Assembly (NCBI GenBank): GCA_017443985.1
Contig: JAFSXR010000030.1
Coordinates: 516 to 64,515, forward strand
DNA length: 64,000 nt
Direction of reading: 5' to 3'
Source of the DNA: Synergistaceae bacterium
GTDB taxonomy: Bacteria > Synergistota > Synergistia > Synergistales > Aminobacteriaceae
Shown here: piece after piece, positions 37,501-45,684 of the stretch
Layout of the letters: the number at the start of each line of letters is the position of its first letter
Position numbering within the stretch: the stretch's first letter is position 1
The notes under the pieces: generated by a model
The model's input: only the letters and a program-made list of their open reading frames with translations
Told to the model about the DNA's origin: nothing
Databases searched by the model: none
Position numbers and translations under genes: made by a program

Positions 37501-38728
37501 AATCTCAATTTCAGATGTCGAGGGTAATTTAGCCGAACGCTTAGGAATTGTAAATAAAAATCCCGTCATTACGATTGACGTTGAAAGCTCTGACAGCTTG
37601 GTAACAATCAGAAATAAAATCAACGAAAAATATCAGGCTGAATTTGGACTGACAGAGCCGGAGCAATGGGTACATGCTTCAGTTGACAACGGCTATTTAG
37701 AAATTTCAGCAAACGTCGCCGGAGAGGCACAGCGCATTACTTTAATGGGCTCTGAGGACGGAAATATGCAGGTCTTGCGCCGTCTTGGCCTTACAAGAAA
37801 TCAGCAGATAATTTCTGAACTTAAAAACGACGATGACGAAAATCTTATGAGTTTCAGAGAAATTGCTTACATTCCCGACACAGGAATAGCAGAGGACGCT
37901 TCACTCAGCTTAAACGGCGTTCGTTATCTTTCGTCTGACAATAAATTTAACATGGCGAGAAGAATACCCGCGCTTACCGGCGATACACAAAGCCGTTACA
38001 GTGCTTCGGAGTTGAGCGAAGTCAGCGAGGGAATGTGGCTTAATTTGAAAGATGCCGGCAGCACAATAATAACAGTGAGGCATCATATTCAAGACGGTTC
38101 AATTAAAGCACTTGAGGAAGCACGCGATGAAATGATACCTAACCTTAAATCAGAACTCGATGAGCTTGCATACGGGCTTGTGAAACATATAAATGCTTTG
38201 CAGTATTCCGGCTACGGCGTTGCAAGCGATATAACTTCGACAGGCGTTGCGTTTTTTGACTCGCTCGGCTCTCAATCGGGAGCGTCTGAAAAGCTAAAAG
38301 TTAATGACAAAGTTGTCGATGATCCTTCATTAATCGGCGCAGCTATGGGCTTGAAAGATGAAAACGGTCTTGCGCTTAAAGGCGTGAGCGGAGGGTCTGG
38401 CGACGGCACTAACGCTTCAAGAATGAATAACTTGAATTTTGATAAAATTCTTGAACACGGCACTATGACAATCAGCGGAATTTATGACGCTATGCTCGCT
38501 CAAATAGGCACAGAGGCAGGACACGCAAAACTTATGTACACGACGCAGGCAACGGTCAGCGAACAAATTGACAGCCAGCGTCAGGCAGTCAGCGGAGTTA
38601 ATCTCGATGAAGAATTAATGGACATGGTCATATTAAACCGCGCATTCGGTGCAATGTCGCGCTACATAACAACTATGGACGAAATGTTGAACACAATAAT
38701 TAACGGCATGGGCTTAGTAGGCCGATAA
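34553..38728 (+). CDS. flgK: flagellar hook-associated protein 1 FlgK, giant 1391-aa form
   Basis: The N-terminus [40 protein letters not shown] and the C-terminus [38 protein letters not shown] are canonical FlgK rod/hook-type termini. About 850 aa of extra central sequence is built of repeated modules. Confidence 0.9.
   Translation: [1391 protein letters not shown]
35873..36330 (+). repeat. two adjacent ~77-aa modules in FlgK (further diverged copies start near 36773 and 37292)
   Basis: [63 protein letters not shown] is followed by [62 protein letters not shown]. Confidence 0.8.
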
Positions 38729-38751
38729 ATAATGTAAACCGTTGAATGAAA

Positions 38752-38788
38752 CCCCTCCTGGAGATTTTAACGGGAGGGAATTTTTTTT
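38752..38788 (+). terminator. possible intra-operon attenuator/terminator between flgK and flgL
   Basis: CCCTCC (38753-38758) pairs with GGAGGG (38773-38778), followed by the T8 run 38781-38788. The stem is short. Confidence 0.4.
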
Positions 38789-38806
38789 AAGGAGAGTATA
38801 TAAATA

Positions 38807-41800
38807 ATGTACAGCCGCCTTACAACAGCAACAATGTACGGAAGTTTAATGAACTCTTTGCAGTCGGCACAGAGAAATATTCAGGACTTACAGCAGCAGA
38901 TAGCTTCCGGAAATAAATATACAAAATTATCTGATAATCCTGCGGCGATATCGCGCTCACAGACAGTGCAGTCGGCCCTCAACGCGAATACCCAGTATCA
39001 GGAAAACACCAGAGACGCTCTGACTATGCTCAGACATGCAAACAGCGCGCTTCAGAATGTTCTTGACGCGGCAAAAACGATAAGAAATTTGATTATAGAG
39101 GCCGGAGACGCTGCGCTTGACTCGAGTCAGTTAAAAGATATTACGGCACAAATAGAAGCCAATAAAAAAATCATGCTTGACAATCTTAATACAAAAGTTG
39201 CAGGGCAATATCTTTTCGGAGGAACAAAAACAGGAACGGTGCCTTTTGTTGAAAAATCTGACGGAAGTATAGAATATCAAGGCTCCGATGAAAGAATTAA
39301 ATATGTATTAAGCGAAAATTTATTAGGGGATATTTCTTTTGCAGGAAGCGATATTATCCCTGAAAATGAAGATACTTATTTTATATGCTCTCACTATGTG
39401 CCGCTGGATTGGAAATGGACAGGACGCGAGGAAAAAGTTCAGATTACTGTCGGGAACCGTACGCTTTCAGTTTTTATCCCTGAGGACTGGAGCGACAACG
39501 ACATCAGCAAGACTAACAAACATACTGATGAATATGTTGACGAGGAAAATATACAGAGCTTGAATTTTTCTGACGCAAACGGTTTCAGAGACCCTAACGA
39601 ACTTTCTGGAATAAGTCTTGAGGATTTAGCAACGATTATTAACAATTCCCTTGAGGAACAGGGCGCGGATATGCTTGTCAATGCTTATATCGAGAGAGAT
39701 TATGACAGCGGAACGCAGCAGCTAATCATAAAATCCAATACCGGCGAAAAAGTCGGCATAACAGGCTGGCCCGACACGGATTATATGCCGATGCCCGCGA
39801 CTATAAAGAGCCTTGATTTAAGCAGTAAAGACTGCGAAGGCTGGAACGATGAAGGATCGACTATTACAATATCCACCCTTGAGGGCAACGTTACGCCGGT
39901 AACGATTGAGATAACTGAAGATGACACGCCGGAAACCCTCGCAGGAAAAATCAACGCTATTGAGGGAATTTATGCACGTCATTCAGCAGACGGCAACAGC
40001 ATCGAGATTTTAGCAGAACGCATAGGCGATATTCCTTCCGATAAACTTGCAATTAACGAGGCTGAAGAAGCTTTGCACTATCCTTCGCTTGTTGTTGCGG
40101 CTGAGGGCGGAGCGTTAAAAATGTTTGGTGAATTTTTGGACGAGAGCGGAGAAGTAGCAAAAAGTTCCGTGATTGTAAAATCTAAAGTCAGGAATACTGA
40201 TCAAAGCCACATAGATATTTTTGACTATCTCGGAATGGAGACGGCGACAAAGAGCCGCGAGTTTTCTCCTGATGAAAAATTAACCGTAGAGGACGGAACA
40301 CAATTACATTGGCGCGTAATAAGCGGAGGCCGGAGCGTTGATATAAAATTAAATTCCGGCGAATACACAATCGATCAACTGGCCGAACGGTTAAAAAACG
40401 CCGGTGCAGGCTGGCTTGAAGTTACAGTAGAGCCCGGCGGCCATGACGTAACAGAATCGACGCTTGAAAATCATTCTGACGATCACGAAGAAGAGACAAA
40501 ACGAATTGTAATGCGCGGCTATAACGGCGAGCAGGTTATATTTTTGGATATGAACGAATATAACTATGCTGACAAGTTAGGCGTATCAACAGCTTTAAGA
40601 ACCGACGCTTACGAAGATTCTTCGGGAACTGGCATGAAATGCGTGAATTTCCCCTCCGCTCCGTGCGTTGATGATAACGTCGGGGTGCCGATGCGCGTAC
40701 AAATGAACTGCGGAATGTATTACGATGTTAATATAAAACGCACCGATGTAGTTGACAGCGCGACAGGCTTTGTCGATAGAGCTTTATTAATGCAGGAAAT
40801 TGTTGACCAAGTAAATGAAATCGAGGGTCATAATATTATGGGATTTGCCCAGCATCTTGACAGCACAGGGCAGGATATAGAGGGCTCGTGCTCTATGTAT
40901 TTCTTATCCGGCGAGGCTTTTACAGTTGTAGATATGCCTTTTGAAGATCCTGAATGGGACGATTATTCCGGCGGTCTTGCCGTCCAGCTCGGCATTCACG
41001 GCGGAGTGTCCTCAAATTTACAGCAGACTCACATAAAAATGCTCGACAATGCGACATTTGCTGAAGCATATAGCAGCGACTCGGATAAATACGGCGATGT
41101 TGAAGCAAACCCTGATAATTTTGACTTTAGGGAAGGAACTATACGCTTTTCAAATTTAGCTCACAGCGTTGAAATTGACGTAAACGCCAATGACACGGTA
41201 AAAGATGTCATGGACAGATTAAGAGTGCAGGCAGGCGACTGGCTCTACGTGAACTATTATGACGCTCACATGGGACAGGACGCAACGCGCAACACCGGCG
41301 ACTATCCTTTAATTGCGATTTCATCAAAAGACGGCTCGGCTGTAAATGTTTTAGATATTAAAGGACACATAGCAGAAGACGCGCTCGGACTTTCAACGGG
41401 TATCCAGAGCAGATTGAATTATGACGGCAAGGGCAGCGGCATCATGGACTTTGAATGGGATGTCAACGACCAGGCATATGACGACGGCGGCTCTGTTGAT
41501 TTTCCTGCTGACGCTCTGAATATTACTGTCGCGGGCTACACACACACGCTTGATTTGACAACCATTCGAGACGTTACAAACGACGACACAATAAAAGCTG
41601 ATGATGTTGCAGAATTTATTAATTCCCGTATGCAGGATTATGACGTTAGAGCAGAAATTAACGCTGATAGCGAACTGATGATTTACTCGCCTCGCGGTTA
41701 TTCTGTTGAAATTTCTTTCCTTGCAAATGTTACGGATAAATTTATCGGCGATGTCAATTCCGGTGCAAGCAGAAACGGCTCTGCTGTGTCGTCAAGTCTG

Positions 41801-42937
41801 GCGCAGACAAGCAAAAAAATTACAACGACACAAACATTCGCTGATATTTACGGCTCTGATTTCAGAGACAGCACTATAAAATTCTCCAGCGCGTCTAACA
41901 GCGTAGAGGTTGACGTTAGCTCAACTGATACTGTTGAAACTCTCATGAACAGAATACAAACGGAAGCAGGGAGCTGGCTGACAGTTAGTTACGACGGCAC
42001 GGGTGATTATCCTGTTATTTCTGTTACCGAAAGCAGCGGCTCTGCTCTCAGCGTCATTGACATGAGGGGACATATTGCTGAGGACGTTCTTGGAATTTCA
42101 ACAGGTATTCAAGGAAGGCTTAACGAGGACGGAACAGGTGACGGCGCGATGGCTCTTGAGTGGGACTTAGAAAATAAATCATTCCCTGCCGAACAAGTCA
42201 ATCTTACTGTCAACGGCGTTACTCACTCTGTGGATTTGACGAAGATCGGCGAGTTTATTACAGATAACGACGTAACGACTGACGATGTTGTAGACTACAT
42301 TAACTATAAAATGCAGGATTACGACATCAGGGCGGCGATCAACGCTGACAAGGAAATAGTAATATATTCGCCCGGCGGTTCATCGGTCAAAGTAAAATTT
42401 CTCGACAACGCTAACAAAGAATTTTTGGGCGAAGATGATTACGTTCTGAGCAGGACGCATTATCGCGGAGGCTATGACCTTGAGGGCAAAGCATATTATG
42501 ACGGCGAAAACGATCCTCGCGGAGTTGACAGCGATAATTTATATTCAAGCGGAATGCACACTCAAAACGCCACAATAAGAAGCGGAGCAAACACCGCGAG
42601 ACAAAACGCCTTCGGAACAATTAATGACGTTATCGCGGCTATTAAATCAGGCAACAGAGACGACCTGCAGAATAAAATGCTCCCCAGAATTGATAGCATG
42701 ATTAACGATATTCTCGCTGTCATGGCTGAGGACGGAGCTTTACAGGCGCGTTATAACTACAACACCGAAAGACTTACGACTGAAAATGCAGTCATGACGG
42801 AAGATTATGACAACCTCATGAAGATTGACCCCGCCGATGCAATTTCGCAGTTAATGATCGCGGACTACATGTATCAGGCAAACTTGGCAGTCATTGCGCG
42901 GTTAATTCAGCCGAGCTTGTTGGATTTTCTTGGATAA
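38807..42937 (+). CDS. flgL: flagellar hook-associated protein 3 FlgL, giant 1376-aa form
   Basis: The N-terminus RLTTATMYGSLMNSLQSAQRNIQDLQQQIASGNKYTKLSDNPAA and the C-terminus DPADAISQLMIADYMYQANLAVIARLIQPSLLDFL are flagellin-superfamily D0/D1 termini typical of FlgL. It follows flgK. Confidence 0.85.
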   Translation: MYSRLTTATMYGSLMNSLQSAQRNIQDLQQQIASGNKYTKLSDNPAAISRSQTVQSALNANTQYQENTRDALTMLRHANSALQNVLDAAKTIRNLIIEAGDAALDSSQLKDITAQIEANKKIMLDNLNTKVAGQYLFGGTKTGTVPFVEKSDGSIEYQGSDERIKYVLSENLLGDISFAGSDIIPENEDTYFICSHYVPLDWKWTGREEKVQITVGNRTLSVFIPEDWSDNDISKTNKHTDEYVDEENIQSLNFSDANGFRDPNELSGISLEDLATIINNSLEEQGADMLVNAYIERDYDSGTQQLIIKSNTGEKVGITGWPDTDYMPMPATIKSLDLSSKDCEGWNDEGSTITISTLEGNVTPVTIEITEDDTPETLAGKINAIEGIYARHSADGNSIEILAERIGDIPSDKLAINEAEEALHYPSLVVAAEGGALKMFGEFLDESGEVAKSSVIVKSKVRNTDQSHIDIFDYLGMETATKSREFSPDEKLTVEDGTQLHWRVISGGRSVDIKLNSGEYTIDQLAERLKNAGAGWLEVTVEPGGHDVTESTLENHSDDHEEETKRIVMRGYNGEQVIFLDMNEYNYADKLGVSTALRTDAYEDSSGTGMKCVNFPSAPCVDDNVGVPMRVQMNCGMYYDVNIKRTDVVDSATGFVDRALLMQEIVDQVNEIEGHNIMGFAQHLDSTGQDIEGSCSMYFLSGEAFTVVDMPFEDPEWDDYSGGLAVQLGIHGGVSSNLQQTHIKMLDNATFAEAYSSDSDKYGDVEANPDNFDFREGTIRFSNLAHSVEIDVNANDTVKDVMDRLRVQAGDWLYVNYYDAHMGQDATRNTGDYPLIAISSKDGSAVNVLDIKGHIAEDALGLSTGIQSRLNYDGKGSGIMDFEWDVNDQAYDDGGSVDFPADALNITVAGYTHTLDLTTIRDVTNDDTIKADDVAEFINSRMQDYDVRAEINADSELMIYSPRGYSVEISFLANVTDKFIGDVNSGASRNGSAVSSSLAQTSKKITTTQTFADIYGSDFRDSTIKFSSASNSVEVDVSSTDTVETLMNRIQTEAGSWLTVSYDGTGDYPVISVTESSGSALSVIDMRGHIAEDVLGISTGIQGRLNEDGTGDGAMALEWDLENKSFPAEQVNLTVNGVTHSVDLTKIGEFITDNDVTTDDVVDYINYKMQDYDIRAAINADKEIVIYSPGGSSVKVKFLDNANKEFLGEDDYVLSRTHYRGGYDLEGKAYYDGENDPRGVDSDNLYSSGMHTQNATIRSGANTARQNAFGTINDVIAAIKSGNRDDLQNKMLPRIDSMINDILAVMAEDGALQARYNYNTERLTTENAVMTEDYDNLMKIDPADAISQLMIADYMYQANLAVIARLIQPSLLDFLG
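41126..42433 (+). repeat. diverged tandem ~200-aa duplication inside flgL
   Basis: FREGTIRFSNLAHSVEIDVNANDTVKDVMDRLRVQAGDWL..IKGHIAEDALGLSTGIQSRLN..MQDYDVRAEINADSELMIYSP (41126-41752) is repeated as FRDSTIKFSSASNSVEVDVSSTDTVETLMNRIQTEAGSWL..MRGHIAEDVLGISTGIQGRLN..MQDYDIRAAINADKEIVIYSP (41861-42433). Confidence 0.85.
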
Positions 42938-42947
42938 TTTTTTTGAT

Positions 42948-42976
42948 GGATTAGGAATTAGGAGTGAGGAGTTAGA
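42948..42976 (+). repeat. SD-like heptamer array after the flgL stop, forming the left arm of its terminator
   Basis: GGATTAGGAATTAGGAGTGAGGAGTTAGA. Confidence 0.85.
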
Positions 42977-42996
42977 AACCTTGCTCCTAATTTTTT
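42958..42996 (+). terminator. rho-independent terminator after flgL (in the convergent gap with valS)
   Basis: TTAGGAGTGAG (42958-42968) pairs with CTTGCTCCTAA (42980-42990) over 11 bp including 2 G-U pairs, followed by T6 at 42991-42996. The right arm plus T-run is identical to the one at 13930-13948. Confidence 0.55.
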
Positions 42997-45670
42997 ATTG
43001 CTTCAGGCTTTCTAAATTCGCTTTCAATCTTTCAATTTGCGCTTGGCCTTCAGAAACTTTTGCGCGTTCTTTCTCGACAACTTCAGCCGGAGCGCGTGAG
43101 ACAAAATCTGCCTTATCGAGCCTCGCCTGACTCTTTGCAATTTCTTTTTCGATTGAAGTTATTTCGCCCTCAAGCCTCGTTATTTCTTTCGGAACGTCAA
43201 GAACATCGCCGACGGGTAATTTAATTTCAGCTTCGCCCGTTACTGATGAAAGCGACGCACCGTAACTCCATTCGCCCGAAGGCTCTTCAAGAATTACATC
43301 ACGGACGCGGCAAAGATTTGAAATTTGATTTAATGACGCTCTCAAAATTTTTGCGGCCTGCGAGTTTGAGCTTACGCGGATAACTGCCTTGTTAAGCCAC
43401 TGCTGCGGAGCTACATGGGCTTCTGCGCGTAAGTTCCTCAAAGTTCTGACAGCGTCCTGCAAAATTTTCATCTCCGAAGTAACGCCCTCGAAAATAAATT
43501 CTTTCTTTGCTTCCGGCCATTTTGAACGCATTATAAATTCATCGCCGTAGCCGAAAGCAAACCATAGCTCTTCAGTTACAAAAGGAATGAACGGGTGCAA
43601 TAAAGGCAGCGTAGTTTTGAAGACTTCTTCAAGAACTCCTGCGGTGGTCTTGCGTCTCTCCTCACCTTCGTCGCCTTTCAACGCAGGCTTCGACATTTCT
43701 AAATACCAGTCGCAGAGATCCCCCCACACAAAATCATAGAGGCTCCGCGCCGCCGTGCCTATGTCGTAGCTGTCGATTAACTCGCGGACTTTAGAGGCCA
43801 TCTCCTGAGTCCGGGTTAATATAAATTTGTCGTGCATGTGAAGCTGATTTATATCAACCGCGTGAACTTCGTCATCTAAATTCATTAATGCGAAGCGTGA
43901 GGCGTTCCACAACTTGTTCATGAAAAATCTGTAAGTCTCGATTCTCGTTGACGATAAAAGAATGTCGCGCCCCTGCACCGAGAGAGCCGCTAATGTCATT
44001 CTCAAAGCGTCCGCGCCGTACTTCTCAATCATTACTAACGGGTCAATGACGTTGCCTTTCGTCTTGCTCATTTTCTTTCCGTGTTCGTCGCGGATTAACG
44101 AGTGAATATAAACGTCCCTGAAGGGTACATCGTCCATAAACTCCAAGCCCATCATAATCATTCGCGCAACCCAGAAGAAAATAATATCGAAGCCCGTTAC
44201 CATTAACGAAGTCGGATAAAAATATTTTAATTCCGGCGTATCATCGGGCCAGCCCATCGTCGAGAAAGGCCAGAGGGCAGAGCTGAACCAAGTGTCAAGC
44301 ACGTCGCTTTCCTGCTCAATATTTTTGCTGTGGCAGTGTTCGCACTCCGTCGGGTCGGTCTCGGCTACTGTTATGTGTCCGCAGTCGGAGCAAATCCACG
44401 CCGGTATCCTGTGCCCCCACCATAACTGACGCGAGATGCACCAGTCGCGGATATTTTCCATCCAGTTAAAATAAGTTTTCTCCCACTGATCCGGCACCCA
44501 CTTAATGCGCCCGTCCTTGACAGCCTGCACGCCTCTTTCAGCAAGCGGCTTTGTCTTGACGAACCACTGTTCGGACAAATAAGGCTCGACCGTTGTTCCG
44601 CAGCGTTGGCAATGACCGACAGAGTGAGTAATTTTTTCGGTCTTTAATAAAAGTCCGAGAGCTTCTAAATCTTTCACGGACTCTTCACGCGCCTGCTCAA
44701 TCGTCATGCCTTTATATTTTCCTGCGTTCTCGTTCATAATGCCCTGAGCGTCAATGACTTGTATTTGTTCTAAGTCATGATTTAAGCCGACTAAAAAGTC
44801 ATTCGGGTCATGAGCAGGAGTGATTTTTACACAGCCCGTTCCAAATTCCGGGTCAACCATGTTATCTTCAATGATTGGTATTTCGCGCTCGGTCAATGGA
44901 ACTTTCACGTGCTTTCCGATTAAATGCTTATATTTTTCCGAGCGAGGGTGAACGGCAATCGCAACGTCGCCGATTATAGTTTCGGGGCGCGTCGTGGCAA
45001 CGAGAATAAAATCTTCGCCGCAATCCTTTTCAACTAAGGGATATTTGACGTAATAAAAATTGCCCTGCGTCTCCTCGTACTCGACTTCTAAATCAGAAAT
45101 TGCCGTTGCGCATCGCGGGCACCAGTTGACGATATATTTTCCGCGATAGATTAAACCTTTTTTGTATAACTTCACAAAATCAGCGCGGACTGCTTTTGAA
45201 AGTCCTTCATCGAGAGTAAATCTCTCGCGCCTCCAGTCGCAGGAGTTGCCCAAGCGTTTCATCTGCTCGATAATCCTTGAGCCGTAAACTTTTTTCCATT
45301 CCCAGACTTTTTCAACAAATTTTTCGCGGCCTAAGTCGTAGCGTGAAATTCCTTTTTTCGCTAAATCTTTTTCGACAACGTTCTGAGTCGCTATGCCTGC
45401 GTGGTCAGTGCCCGGCAGCCATAAAACGCTGTAGCCCTCCATGCGCTTTGTTCGGCACATAATATCTTGGAACGTGTGATCGAATGCGTGTCCGACGTGA
45501 AGAGAGCCGGTTACGTTCGGCGGAGGGATCACGATCGAAAATGCTTTTGCTTTGAGGTTGATCTCGGCATTAAAGAGGCCATTCTCAAGCCACTTAGCGT
45601 ACCACTTCTGCTCAATGTTATCGGGCGAATAATTTTTTTCAAGATTTCTGTTGCGAATTTTTTTTCTCAT
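42995..45670 (-). CDS. valS: valine--tRNA ligase
   Basis: PPPNVTGSLHVGH (HIGH), KMSKTKGNV (KMSKS), the CP1 editing domain and the C-terminal coiled coil (..EIAKSQARLDKADFVSRAPAEVVEKERAK..). Confidence 0.95.
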   Translation of the reverse strand: MRKKIRNRNLEKNYSPDNIEQKWYAKWLENGLFNAEINLKAKAFSIVIPPPNVTGSLHVGHAFDHTFQDIMCRTKRMEGYSVLWLPGTDHAGIATQNVVEKDLAKKGISRYDLGREKFVEKVWEWKKVYGSRIIEQMKRLGNSCDWRRERFTLDEGLSKAVRADFVKLYKKGLIYRGKYIVNWCPRCATAISDLEVEYEETQGNFYYVKYPLVEKDCGEDFILVATTRPETIIGDVAIAVHPRSEKYKHLIGKHVKVPLTEREIPIIEDNMVDPEFGTGCVKITPAHDPNDFLVGLNHDLEQIQVIDAQGIMNENAGKYKGMTIEQAREESVKDLEALGLLLKTEKITHSVGHCQRCGTTVEPYLSEQWFVKTKPLAERGVQAVKDGRIKWVPDQWEKTYFNWMENIRDWCISRQLWWGHRIPAWICSDCGHITVAETDPTECEHCHSKNIEQESDVLDTWFSSALWPFSTMGWPDDTPELKYFYPTSLMVTGFDIIFFWVARMIMMGLEFMDDVPFRDVYIHSLIRDEHGKKMSKTKGNVIDPLVMIEKYGADALRMTLAALSVQGRDILLSSTRIETYRFFMNKLWNASRFALMNLDDEVHAVDINQLHMHDKFILTRTQEMASKVRELIDSYDIGTAARSLYDFVWGDLCDWYLEMSKPALKGDEGEERRKTTAGVLEEVFKTTLPLLHPFIPFVTEELWFAFGYGDEFIMRSKWPEAKKEFIFEGVTSEMKILQDAVRTLRNLRAEAHVAPQQWLNKAVIRVSSNSQAAKILRASLNQISNLCRVRDVILEEPSGEWSYGASLSSVTGEAEIKLPVGDVLDVPKEITRLEGEITSIEKEIAKSQARLDKADFVSRAPAEVVEKERAKVSEGQAQIERLKANLESLKQ

Positions 45671-45684
45671 GTTTTCAGTCCTTT

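Noticed and set aside
18291-42937. Whether the three giant acidic repeat proteins are RTX/adhesin-type surface proteins rather than flagellar proteins
   Set aside because: Each has both the N- and C-terminal axial-family helices specific to FliD, FlgK or FlgL, and flgK/flgL sit in the canonical flgM-flgN-flgK-flgL order behind a sigma-28 promoter. I saw no GGxGxD nonapeptide repeats.
42930-43130. 66-aa plus-strand ORF overlapping the flgL stop and the valS 3' end
   Set aside because: It lies over a terminator hairpin and the antisense of valS, and has no RBS.
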